DNA of 24,000 bases from an uncultured Acidimicrobium sp. (GTDB lineage: Bacteria; Actinomycetota; Acidimicrobiia; Acidimicrobiales; Ilumatobacteraceae). Position 1 is the first letter of the stretch, and each line of letters starts with the position of its first letter. Of this stretch, positions 1 to 7,753 are shown piece after piece. Both the position numbers and the translations under genes were made by a program. The stretch spans positions 1 through 24,000 of the forward strand of contig CAYHCC010000014.1 of assembly GCA_964355165.1 (NCBI GenBank). The letters are read 5' to 3'. Under the pieces are notes generated by a model, which was not told the origin of the DNA, made no database searches, and saw only the letters and a program-made list of their open reading frames with translations.

Positions 1-115
1 TGATCACCTGGGACTGGGAATTGGGACGAGGACTCTGTGACATCCCAAAGTGTCAACCATGTCTCGACACATCCGTAAACTATGTCGTGGAACAGGACAC
101 CTCAGCGCCCACGAT
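1..115 (-). mobile_element. Right-hand end of a second IS481-family copy, truncated by the window start
   Basis: nt 1-115 are identical by eye (115/115) to nt 1329-1443. nt 1-43 repeat the first 14 codons (MSQSPRPNSQSQVI) of the minus-strand transposase, so the body of this copy lies left of the window. Confidence 0.8.
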
Positions 116-117
116 GT

Positions 118-141
118 GATGTGTCGGGACATGGGTAACAC
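118..141. repeat. Left inverted repeat of the IS, with an embedded 9-bp-stem hairpin
   Basis: It matches the reverse complement of 1378-1401 at 21/24 positions. CGGGACATG (125-133) and CATGTCCCG (141-149) form a perfect 9-bp inverted repeat around a 7-nt loop, just 3' of the transposase stop. Confidence 0.7.
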
Positions 142-165
142 ATGTCCCGCGTCATAGGTGACACT

Positions 166-1371
166 TTAAATTGGAGATTTTCGCCTTTTCTCGTTGAATT
201 CTGACAAGTTATTTGCCCAGTAGATCTTTGTTGGATTGATCTCATGCTCAGAGATCTTCTCGCCGGTGTCCTTCTCAATCACTGTCGCCTTGTAGTGATC
301 GACAATAATGATGACCTTCTTATGGCGATGTTCAACTCCTATTCCAAGGTGGTGCATCTTGCCTGCTCTTCTTAATGAGAGTTTCCCGAATTGATCAACG
401 CTGTCATAGCGGACTCGGTAATGTTCTTTATCTTGGGCGGTCTTCGGCGTTGCTTTCACCGTTGCTTTGTAACAGGTTTGGGGAGTCTTCATCTCGAGGG
501 CGCGGTGGGGTCTTTGGGTGTTATAGAGGAGTCGAAATTCATTGAGTTGGCTTTGAAGTTCTTGCAGATCCTTGGCAGGATTTTGCGGCAAGAGCCACTT
601 TTTAAGGGTCTGGTGAAAGCGTTCGATCTTGCCTTGTGTCTGGGGGTGAGCAGGAGATCCATTCTTTTGAATGATGTCTAACTCCGAAAGCAGATACTCG
701 AATCCGTTCTTTCCCTTGCTGAAACGTGCGGTATAGACATTGCCGTTGTCGGTAAGAGTTGAAAAGGGTGTTCCGTACTCACTTCGACATTGATTGAAGG
801 TATCGATCACTACCGTGCCGGTGATCGCCTGGTAAGCGGCGCATTTGAGTAGGAGCCGTGAATGATCATCTAGCCAATTGATGATCTCAACGTCGGTGCC
901 ATCTGCAAGGCGCCAATGAGTGAAATCCGATTGCCAGGTCTCATTGGGTTGAACTGCTTCGAAGCGCTTGATGTAAGCCTTGGGCCTCTTCTTCGGCTCT
1001 GGTATGACAAGACCTTCTGCTCGCAGAATTCGCCAGATAGTAGAAAGTGCTGGTGCGCTGTTATTGCTCTGTCGCACATGCCAGGCAATCGATGCGGCAC
1101 CGGCATCTAGACCTTTATCGAGCAACGTCCGCCGCAGAGCGATGATTTGCCCTCGTATCTCTTGGGACAAAGCCCGGGGATTGCTCAAGGGTCTGCGAGA
1201 TCGCGGCTCAAGGGCTTCAAGACCGCCGGCCCTGTAACGAGCTATGAGTTGGTAGATCCACTTGCGACTGACCCCAAATCGACGAGAGGCCTGAGTAGGA
1301 CTCAGACCATCGTGGAGAAGACTCAAAATGATCACCTGGGACTGGGAATTGGGACGAGGACTCTGTGACAT
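166..1371 (-). CDS. IS481-family DDE transposase (N-terminal HTH plus integrase/rve core)
   Basis: The 401-aa ORF has an N-terminal HTH (LSPTQASRRFGVSRKWIYQLIARY). The rve-type catalytic core shows WQSDFTHW, LTDNGNVYTARF and a C-terminal HPQTQGKIERFHQTLK...YNTQRPHRAL signature, typical of IS481/IS3-superfamily integrases. Confidence 0.9.
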   Translation of the reverse strand: MSQSPRPNSQSQVIILSLLHDGLSPTQASRRFGVSRKWIYQLIARYRAGGLEALEPRSRRPLSNPRALSQEIRGQIIALRRTLLDKGLDAGAASIAWHVRQSNNSAPALSTIWRILRAEGLVIPEPKKRPKAYIKRFEAVQPNETWQSDFTHWRLADGTDVEIINWLDDHSRLLLKCAAYQAITGTVVIDTFNQCRSEYGTPFSTLTDNGNVYTARFSKGKNGFEYLLSELDIIQKNGSPAHPQTQGKIERFHQTLKKWLLPQNPAKDLQELQSQLNEFRLLYNTQRPHRALEMKTPQTCYKATVKATPKTAQDKEHYRVRYDSVDQFGKLSLRRAGKMHHLGIGVEHRHKKVIIIVDHYKATVIEKDTGEKISEHEINPTKIYWANNLSEFNEKRRKSPI

Positions 1372-1377
1372 CCCAAA

Positions 1378-1401
1378 GTGTCAACCATGTCTCGACACAT
1401 C
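1378..1401. repeat. Right inverted repeat of the IS
   Basis: Its reverse complement matches 118-141 (21/24). It lies 7 nt upstream of the transposase ATG (minus strand, 1371). Confidence 0.7.
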
Positions 1402-1516
1402 CGTAAACTATGTCGTGGAACAGGACACCTCAGCGCCCACGATCGTCTCTGCCGAGATCGACACGGTTTGCGGCTTCGCGAGTTGCTTCGAGTTCGATTC
1501 AAGAGGCAGCTGTATT

Positions 1517-1804
1517 TTAATCGAGCAAGAAATTTAGCCGCGCATCGGCTTTTGACGGGGTGATTTCAAGAATTTCAGCATTCACTACGTCTTCAACTAC
1601 AAACGGATCATTATCTACTCTGCCTTGCAGGTCTAGCAGTGACGTATTGTGTGCCAAAATCCCACCGCCCAAATTGGGGTGAAGACTACCGACCAATAAA
1701 AACACGCCGTCATCAAAACCGCGTTTAATCCATTCTTTGTGACCTTCCATGAATTGGCTGGCCTTACCTTTGTTGTCAGAAAATCTGAGAAGCACAACAA
1801 ACAT
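1517..1804 (-). CDS. YciI-like (YCII domain) small protein
   Basis: The 95-aa ORF has the size and N-terminal pattern (MFVVLLRF.D......R....H..W......G.....G) typical of YciI-family proteins. This is motif-level recognition only. Confidence 0.6.
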   Translation of the reverse strand: MFVVLLRFSDNKGKASQFMEGHKEWIKRGFDDGVFLLVGSLHPNLGGGILAHNTSLLDLQGRVDNDPFVVEDVVNAEILEITPSKADARLNFLLD

Positions 1805-1910
1805 CAGATTTGTTTTCCTGTCGATTTGCCCAGCGTGGTGTGTTGTGTCCGTTCAGCCGTCTCTGTTCGTACAACATAATCCGTTCATCACTGTAGAGAG
1901 TTTCCAATTT

Positions 1911-2630
1911 CTAGACCAATTCGCGCACGCCTTGGCTGAGGAGAATTGAACGGTAATGACCTAGATCTTCTTCCGAAACTTCAGGCCATTCCCGCGCCGC
2001 GGCGCAAACGCCATGGGTTCTGAAGGAATTGATCTTGATTCGCAGGGCTGGATCTACGCCAAGTAACCATTGCGCAGTTGTCTGAAGATCTTCATCTGAA
2101 TCGTTTTGACCGGGCACGAGTAATAACCGCACCTCATAGAGCAGGCCTAGTTTTGCTAGGTATTGAATGGAATCCAGGACAGCAGTGTTGGATTTACCGG
2201 TGAGTTCGTGGTGGCGCTCATCGTTGAAAGCTTTGAGATCGAGCATCACCCCATCGGTGACCAGAGCCAGTGATCGCCAAACCTCTTGGGTGGCGTTGCC
2301 GTTGCTATCGATGAAGGTGGAGAGATGCTTGAGATCGTCTTCACCTTTGATGGTGCTGAAGAGTTCGAGAGTAAATTCATGTTGAAGAGTTGGCTCTCCT
2401 CCGGAAACGGTAACGCCGGAGATGTAGGGCATCGATTTTCTGATTCGTGTAAGGATCTCTTCCACCGTGAACTCTGTGGTTCGCGGTGTATGCAGTGGAA
2501 TGGTCTGCGGGTTGTGGCAGGCCAAACAATCGAAGTTGCACCCTTGGAGAAAGAGCAGAAAGCGATTTCCTGGGCCGTCAACCCACGAGAAAGGAATGAT
2601 TTCAGCTGCTAGACAGCGGCGAGTTTTCAT
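1911..2630 (-). CDS. yjjW: Glycyl-radical enzyme activating protein, radical SAM (YjjW type)
   Basis: It has an N-terminal VDGPGNR followed by CNFDCLACHNP (CxxxCxxC cluster motif, nt 2517-2540) and a SGGEPTL SAM-binding motif. It is 239 aa long and overlaps the upstream GRE gene by 29 nt. Confidence 0.8.
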   Translation of the reverse strand: MKTRRCLAAEIIPFSWVDGPGNRFLLFLQGCNFDCLACHNPQTIPLHTPRTTEFTVEEILTRIRKSMPYISGVTVSGGEPTLQHEFTLELFSTIKGEDDLKHLSTFIDSNGNATQEVWRSLALVTDGVMLDLKAFNDERHHELTGKSNTAVLDSIQYLAKLGLLYEVRLLLVPGQNDSDEDLQTTAQWLLGVDPALRIKINSFRTHGVCAAAREWPEVSEEDLGHYRSILLSQGVRELV

Positions 2631-4146
2631 GGCTCATAACCCTCTTGACTTGGCGCTTATCCACATGTGAATCAGTAACTGAGCCCGCCCCTAAATATGT
2701 GCTGCCATGTCGAGCACTAGGCAACTTGGCAAGGTCCGATTTGCGTACCAAATAACCCGTAATTCGGATGAAATCATTGCTGTCTAAATTGAACGTGAAA
2801 TCCCGCATGCCATCTTTGAAGGCGCCTCGGATGACGTCGACAACGGCTTGCGGATTCTTTACAGTCGTGTCATCAAATGAGAGAACATCGCTAATTCCCG
2901 AAGGGAAGAGATGATGATGGCGGCTGACGGTTTTCAGATGTTCAATCAGGGGCGGCTCGGTACCGACCGGAATTCGCGTACCGGCAGTAACGTCAAGATC
3001 CAAGTCGATGCCAGATTGGGAGTGCAGGAAAGCTTTTCCGTTGTTGCCTTCGCAGTACGGCATCGGTCTTTGGGCAACCAGGCGCGCGACAGTTGAGGTG
3101 ATGCGATAGCCCAGATCATCGGCGATCTCGCTATGGCCGTATGTGCCGGAAAGTCCTTCGCGTTCCATCAATAGGTTGACCGCTTCAGCCAATCCAAAAA
3201 TGCCAAACATGGCCGAAAACCTGTCGAGAGAAAGTAGTCCTTCGGTGGCCAGCCAGTTGGATTCGTAGAAGCCAGATTCCTCCACTAAAAAGCGAATCCG
3301 AGACTCCATTAATTCTGTCGTTAACTCGACGTAGTGGGGAAGAGTCGAGTCAAGAAATTCTTCGATACCGCCAGATCCGGCAAGGACAGTTTCTTTGAGA
3401 TTGATGCGGACCAACGTATGCGACCCGCCTCCAATCTTTAATGAGTTATAGCAACTGACGGCGGCATAGTCGGCGCCCAAATCCGATTGCATCATGACGT
3501 CGTTAATGAAGTGCGGTTTGCCGCAGACAAAGACGGTTTGCACTGCATCAAGCAGATATTCGTCACTAGTCAATGCTGGGTCAACCTTGAGGCTGATGTT
3601 GGGAACAACCTGGAGAAGTTGTCGTTCCAATTTCAAAATAGTTTTAGAAACACGGTTGTAAACCGGACTCAAGTTCGTGTGGGCAAAAGCGTCAGGAAAC
3701 ATTCGATCCAGGGAAATCCAGAAGCGCTTCAACTTCGTATAGAGATCCTCATCCGACACGGATTCGGTGTAGGGCAGGAGCAGAGTGTCGAGATCTCCAA
3801 AGTAGACGGGATAACCCGTGATGGAGGGAGTTTGCGAATACATGATCAACAGGTACGCAAGAGCATCATCTAAATCATGCGCCGGAGGAATTTCCAAGAA
3901 GACTGAGCCGTGTATTAAAGCCTTGGAATAATCGGGTAGAAGATAACGCGGACGGTATGGAGCGTTGCCCTCGTACATGTCACAGATGATTCGTTTTTCT
4001 AGGGCAGCCGCACATTGGTTGCTGACTGCTGGTGGTTCCAGCAAATTTTCAGCCAGATTGGCCAGCCCGGCAATTCGCTGCCGGTAGGTGTACTTGGTGT
4101 TGGTGACAATCTGTCGTATATCACGCAAAGTAGTGGACATACTCAT
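2602..4146 (-). CDS. yjjI: Short glycyl-radical enzyme, YjjI family
   Basis: At 514 aa it is much shorter than PFL-type GREs and matches the roughly 515-aa YjjI family. It has a C-terminal glycyl-radical fingerprint FIRITGYLVR (Gly codon at 2755-2757). A cognate activase gene lies immediately downstream and overlaps it. Confidence 0.7.
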   Translation of the reverse strand: MSMSTTLRDIRQIVTNTKYTYRQRIAGLANLAENLLEPPAVSNQCAAALEKRIICDMYEGNAPYRPRYLLPDYSKALIHGSVFLEIPPAHDLDDALAYLLIMYSQTPSITGYPVYFGDLDTLLLPYTESVSDEDLYTKLKRFWISLDRMFPDAFAHTNLSPVYNRVSKTILKLERQLLQVVPNISLKVDPALTSDEYLLDAVQTVFVCGKPHFINDVMMQSDLGADYAAVSCYNSLKIGGGSHTLVRINLKETVLAGSGGIEEFLDSTLPHYVELTTELMESRIRFLVEESGFYESNWLATEGLLSLDRFSAMFGIFGLAEAVNLLMEREGLSGTYGHSEIADDLGYRITSTVARLVAQRPMPYCEGNNGKAFLHSQSGIDLDLDVTAGTRIPVGTEPPLIEHLKTVSRHHHLFPSGISDVLSFDDTTVKNPQAVVDVIRGAFKDGMRDFTFNLDSNDFIRITGYLVRKSDLAKLPSARHGSTYLGAGSVTDSHVDKRQVKRVMSHENSPLSSS

Positions 4147-4260
4147 GATCCTAAGTTAAGTGTTCCGCCGGTTCTCTCGGTCTGGCTAAGGCTGACTCAA
4201 AAGACTCAATCGGGCCCGGCTGGCACTTCATTTCATATATGATACACTATTGTCATAGTT

Positions 4261-4875
4261 ATGAAAAGCAAAAAGAACCTTCTAGAGCAACTGAAGCCGC
4301 TGACGTATTTCAGCAAGGACACTGTCCAGCAGCTCGGCAACCAATTGGGGCTCCAGGATTCAACAGTTGACACCTACATCAGCCGCTTTTTGAAATACAA
4401 GGAAATTCACCGGCTCAAGAATGGATTGTATGTGTCCGCGGATTTTTTAGACAAAAACAGAAATGATATTTCCTATTCGTTTTATCTTGCCAACGTCATC
4501 CGCACACCGTCGTATGTCAGTTCGTGGGCGGCTCTCCAGTACTACAACTTCACTACAGAAGCAATCCATTCCGTCACTTCAGTTACGACGAAAGTGACGA
4601 GGGACTACCAGACGAGTGCGGGCAACTTCGCGTATCAGTCGATCAACAAGCCACTTTTCACGGATTTCATTTTGGCAAAAGGGAAATTTGAATTTTTTGT
4701 AGCCTCCCCCTCGAAGGCGTTGTTTGATTTGGTGTATTTCAGAACCAATCAGTTTCGAGGCGTTTCGTTGGAAAAGATTAGAGCATTGGTTGAAGAGTTG
4801 CGTATAGATGTTGACGAAATGGATAAAGACGAGCAGTCAAAGTTTGATGAGATGATTAAAAGGTACCTCCCATGA
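4261..4875 (+). CDS. abiEi: AbiEi-like antitoxin / transcriptional regulator (type IV TA, abortive infection AbiE)
   Basis: The 204-aa ORF has an N-terminal wHTH-like segment ending in RLKNGLYV. The central PSYVSSWAALQYYNFTTE and FFVASPSKALFDLVYF motifs are typical of AbiEi partners. Its stop overlaps the downstream toxin start (ATGA at 4872-4875). Confidence 0.7.
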   Translation: MKSKKNLLEQLKPLTYFSKDTVQQLGNQLGLQDSTVDTYISRFLKYKEIHRLKNGLYVSADFLDKNRNDISYSFYLANVIRTPSYVSSWAALQYYNFTTEAIHSVTSVTTKVTRDYQTSAGNFAYQSINKPLFTDFILAKGKFEFFVASPSKALFDLVYFRTNQFRGVSLEKIRALVEELRIDVDEMDKDEQSKFDEMIKRYLP

Positions 4876-6176
4876 GCGAACAGATTCTTGCAAGACTCAA
4901 GAGAAAGTTTGATGAACTCGCTGCTTACGGTGGAGTAGACGCGGAGACATCCCGCAATGTTCTCAAAGAAGAGTTGCAGCTTTATGTTCTCAATTTCATT
5001 TATCATCATCCTAAATACAGCAAATGGATTATGTACGGAGGCTCCGCCTTTCGCATCATTCACGGGCTGGACCGAATGTCGGTTGATCTGGATTTTGAAA
5101 TTTCTGAGCCGGTAACGAAAGAATTGTTGGAAGAGTTTAAGAAGGAAATCGAAGATCATTTTACAAACTCATACGGCGCCGGAACTGATTTTCTTACAGT
5201 GAAAATTGCCAATAGCAGGGGATTGACGCTGAAATTTCATGTTGGTGAGGAAATGAGTTTTGGACAACCCTCGAAGCAGGTGCATGCAAAGATTGATCTC
5301 AATCAGTTTGTTGTTCCAAATACCCTGACTGAACGCAGGCCGATAAATCGTGACCAACTTTCTTTTGTTATCACGACCTACAATATGGGTTCGCTAATGG
5401 CGAGCAAGATCGCCGCCATCTTCCTGCGTGGGATTCGCGGCGTGGGAAAAGCCACATATGAAGAAAAAGGGCGGGACGTTTACGATTTCCTTTGGTACAT
5501 GAACAAGAAGGTAGTGCCGGATTTTGACTACCTCATCGCCAAGGGCATCGATGTACGCGATCTTCGTGCGCTTTTTGACAAGTTGACGCTACGGATGAAC
5601 AAAGTAAGTGATGAGAACCTCAAACAGGACTTGTTACCGTTATTTACGAATAGGACCTTCATTGAAAATTGGCTCAAGAACTGGCGAGAAAGTTATTTGC
5701 AACTTCTGGATGACTACAAAATGACTACCGTCACGACGTTGGCCAAAATTCAATGGGATGACAATCTTCGGAACCACACTCTTATACCTCGGAACCGTAC
5801 TCTTACATCTACTTTCACATACAACACTGAAGACAATAAATCTGTCCACATTCGATATGTTGTAAGCGAAGATTGGGTTCTTTTTCACGGTGGAGATTTG
5901 ACGATAGAACCAGATCAAATACTGTCGGGCAAAACTGAGTTTCCCAGCGATAGATGGAGCATGACTCATGCAACTAAGGATATTTTTAATCGATATACCA
6001 CGCTCTTTGATCAGAAAACCGAGAGATATTTTAAGAAAACAAACCGGACAATGCTCGGTAACGAGATCGTAACCAAAGTTATCCGGATGACGGCCGACAA
6101 ATTCAATCAAAAGGAGGAGATCGTGCTTACTAAGTCCGCCCTGCTCTCGTGTGAACTCGATGACTTATTGAAATGA
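4872..6176 (+). CDS. abiEii: AbiEii/AbiGii-family nucleotidyltransferase toxin (DUF1814) with an uncharacterised C-terminal extension of about 150 aa
   Basis: The hallmark motifs are YGGSAFRIIHGLDRMSVDLDFE (nt 5037-5099, GG..A plus the R.S.DLDF catalytic acidic pair) and ASKIAAIFLRG....GRDVYDFLWY. The NTase core ends near aa 283. I cannot assign aa 284-434 (nt 5721-6173) to any family. Confidence 0.8.
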   Translation: MSEQILARLKRKFDELAAYGGVDAETSRNVLKEELQLYVLNFIYHHPKYSKWIMYGGSAFRIIHGLDRMSVDLDFEISEPVTKELLEEFKKEIEDHFTNSYGAGTDFLTVKIANSRGLTLKFHVGEEMSFGQPSKQVHAKIDLNQFVVPNTLTERRPINRDQLSFVITTYNMGSLMASKIAAIFLRGIRGVGKATYEEKGRDVYDFLWYMNKKVVPDFDYLIAKGIDVRDLRALFDKLTLRMNKVSDENLKQDLLPLFTNRTFIENWLKNWRESYLQLLDDYKMTTVTTLAKIQWDDNLRNHTLIPRNRTLTSTFTYNTEDNKSVHIRYVVSEDWVLFHGGDLTIEPDQILSGKTEFPSDRWSMTHATKDIFNRYTTLFDQKTERYFKKTNRTMLGNEIVTKVIRMTADKFNQKEEIVLTKSALLSCELDDLLK

Positions 6177-6280
6177 ATTTTGACCATAACTGAATCAGGT
6201 GGTTGTGAGCGACTCGGCACTTAAGCGCAAACTTACGGGGATGCTTCGAACACGTAGTGAAAGCCAGTTCCATATCGTGT

Positions 6281-6767
6281 AGGAGAATTCGCTTGTTGGT
6301 AGAAATAGAAAGTATAGGAATAGCTCTGCCTATGGCAGTTGAGCAATTCACCGAGTCATCCCGATGTCTCTGCTTGTCATCGTTGTCACTGTCCTCGCCC
6401 GCCTTTTCATGCTGGAACCGGGACGGGCTCGAGAACTTGCGACTGTTGCCCTTGGTGCAGTCGGTTTTTGCGCGAATCTTGTCCTGTACTTCACGACCGA
6501 TAACTACCTGTCCGGAGTAACACCTCCGTCACCAATGCGGCTCTACTGGTCGTTAGCAATTGAAGAGCAGTTCTATTTGATCTGGCCATTGATTCTGTTT
6601 GCAGTAATCAAACTTGGTCGAACGTGATGGAAGGAGTGGCTCGCTGGGGCCGGATTCGCATTACTCGGTGCGCACATCTTCAGAATCCCTGGGTGGTTGC
6701 GCGCAGTCATCGGCTGGCTGGGTTTGATGTTCATAGTATGGTCGGCAATTTCCTTTGTAATGTCTCA
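6281..6767 (+). pseudogene. Decayed partial copy of the AT3 acyltransferase gene (5' region only)
   Basis: Three blocks align to the intact gene and its upstream region: 6281-6320 with about 8290-8328, 6335-6655 with about 8571-8890, and 6656-6767 with about 8993-9100. Identity is about 80% by eye, and two segments are deleted. There is an in-frame TGA at 6625-6627 where the intact copy has CAT. The copy ends abruptly at an IS remnant. Confidence 0.8.
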
Positions 6768-7024
6768 GGTCATCGTGGACGGTGTGAACCCTGGGGAGCG
6801 TAGTTGTTTTCTCTGTTGAGTCCTTGGTAGCGCTTGGTGGGGTAGTCGGAGCCGTTGTCGGTGCTTAAGACGCGGGCCACTGTGCGCAAACTTCTGTGTT
6901 CAATAACAACAGCATCGACGAGATAACGAGCCAGATCCATGGAAACCCCCCAAAGTCAAGGCGTCCACTATGTCTCGAGACATCGTGGACACCAATACCC
7001 CTGGCGATTCACCGTGGCCACGAT
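6757..7024 (-). mobile_element. Remnant of a second, diverged IS481-like element
   Basis: The right end (6938-7024) parallels the right end of the intact IS (1366-1443). Shared features are cat / cccaaagt / tcaa / atgtctcgaNacatc / gtgga / ccacgat in the same order. It encloses a 56-codon transposase relic. Confidence 0.6.
6770..6940 (-). pseudogene. Transposase relic (HTH N-terminus fused to a fragment of the DDE core)
   Basis: My translation gives MDLARYLVDAVVIEHRSLRTVARVLSTDNGSDYPTKRYQGLNRENNYAPQGSHRPR. It has an N-terminal HTH-like start followed directly by the TDNGS.Y core motif, which implies large internal deletions. Confidence 0.55.
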
Positions 7025-7060
7025 GTTCTCAGATATCATAAGTCATCTGAACGTTAAATC

Positions 7061-7092
7061 ACTCATGTGACTGATAAAACAGTCATATGAGT
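7061..7092. promoter_or_regulatory. Candidate operator: 32-bp near-perfect palindrome abutting the MNT gene start
   Basis: ACTCATGTGACTG-ATAAAA-CAGTCATATGAGT has 13-nt arms with 12/13 complementary positions. Its right arm ends on the GTG (7091) of the downstream wHTH-nucleotidyltransferase ORF. Confidence 0.5.
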
Positions 7093-7753
7093 GGTAATGT
7101 GGGATCCTGAGGAGATCGATGTGAACCTGTCCAATCCGATCAGTTCGGTGATTCCGTCAGCGCATGGCCCAGTACTCGTGGTGCTCGCCAATGCCAACGC
7201 TCCACTGAGTGGTCGTCAGATTGCCAAACTCGCGCGCGGGAAAGTTCAGCAACCTCGGGCGAACGATGTGCTCCGCGAGCTAACCGAAGCAGGGATTGTC
7301 TCTTGCGAGCGACACGCGTCGGTACATCTATATCGCCTCAACCGCGAGCACGTGGCTGCCGAGGCGATCATGATGCTGGCGAATCTGCGCGAACGCCTCA
7401 TTCAACGGATGCGAGAAGCGGTCCTCGGCTGGGTTAGCGTCCCGGTCGCGGTTTGGATCTTCGGTTCGGCTGCCCGCGGGGATGCAGGAACACATAGCGA
7501 CATCGATGTATTGGTCGTCCGCCCGGATTCAGTTGATGTTGACAGGGAATCGTGGCAACAACAGTTGAGCGACTTGTCGTCGGCCGTTACCACTTGGTCG
7601 GGCAATGACTGTCAGATCCTCGAATTCTCTCGGTCGGAATTGGCTGCAATGATCGCATCAAATGAACGGCTGGTGACTGAGTTGCGTTCTGACGCCTTGA
7701 TGATCGCCGGTGCTTCACCTCTGCGATTGCTCGGTCAGGTCAAGGCCAGCTAA
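7091..7753 (+). CDS. wHTH-fused minimal nucleotidyltransferase (MNT, putative antitoxin of a HEPN/MNT module)
   Basis: It has an N-terminal winged-helix segment (LSGRQIAKLARGKVQQPRANDVLRELTEAGIV) and the canonical MNT motif FGSAARGDAGTHSDIDVLVV (nt 7460-7519). The start is GTG 7091 or ATG 7097. The stop overlaps the next gene's start (TAATG). Confidence 0.8.
   Translation: MVMWDPEEIDVNLSNPISSVIPSAHGPVLVVLANANAPLSGRQIAKLARGKVQQPRANDVLRELTEAGIVSCERHASVHLYRLNREHVAAEAIMMLANLRERLIQRMREAVLGWVSVPVAVWIFGSAARGDAGTHSDIDVLVVRPDSVDVDRESWQQQLSDLSSAVTTWSGNDCQILEFSRSELAAMIASNERLVTELRSDALMIAGASPLRLLGQVKAS

Larger units (their letters stand above)
116..1443 (-). mobile_element. IS481-family insertion sequence, complete copy (outer boundaries approximate)
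   Basis: It carries a single 401-aa transposase ORF. The imperfect inverted repeats are GATGTGTCGGGACATGGGTAACAC (118-141) and the reverse complement of 1378-1401, GATGTGTCGAGACATGGTTGACAC (21/24). The outer limits are set where the 115-bp repeat with nt 1-115 ends. If the IRs are strictly terminal, the element is about 120-1399. Confidence 0.75.

Noticed and set aside
74-119. The 42-44 bp repeated outside the right IR (74-115 and 1402-1443), considered as a target-site duplication
   Set aside because: It is far too long for an IS481-type target duplication (a few bp). It also does not flank one element on both sides in the required way. A subterminal IR or a duplicated flank is more likely.
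391-1368. Plus-strand ORFs 391..681, 916..1110, 980..1237 and 1147..1368, and the minus-strand ORF 870..1106, all inside the IS
   Set aside because: They lie entirely within or antisense to the well-supported 401-aa transposase gene and have no recognisable motifs. They are shadow ORFs.
2167-4242. Antisense or overlapping ORFs within yjjW/yjjI (2167..2385, 2246..2581, 2286..2612, 2467..2670, 2911..3096, 3487..3873, 4015..4242)
   Set aside because: They overlap strongly supported motif-bearing genes, and their translations are low-complexity or motif-free.
4194-4257. Possible AbiEi operator: direct repeat GACTCAA-AA-GACTCAA (4194-4209) and dyad TATGAtacactattgTCATA (4238-4257) upstream of abiEi
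   Set aside because: The repeats are only 7 bp and the dyad arms only 5 bp, so both are easily chance events in an AT-rich intergenic region. I note them but do not call them as features.
4749-6351. Minus-strand ORFs 4749..5159, 5169..5357, 5640..6110 and 6130..6351
   Set aside because: They are antisense to the AbiE genes in an AT-richer region where long spurious ORFs are expected, and they show no recognisable motifs.
6257-6627. ORFs 6257..6520 and 6364..6627 as intact small genes
   Set aside because: 6364..6627 is a fragment of an AT3 acyltransferase (87 aa of a roughly 660-aa protein) ending at a premature TGA, and homology continues past the stop. 6257..6520 is the off-frame shadow, mirrored by 8522..8749 in the intact gene. 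I treat the region as one pseudogene.
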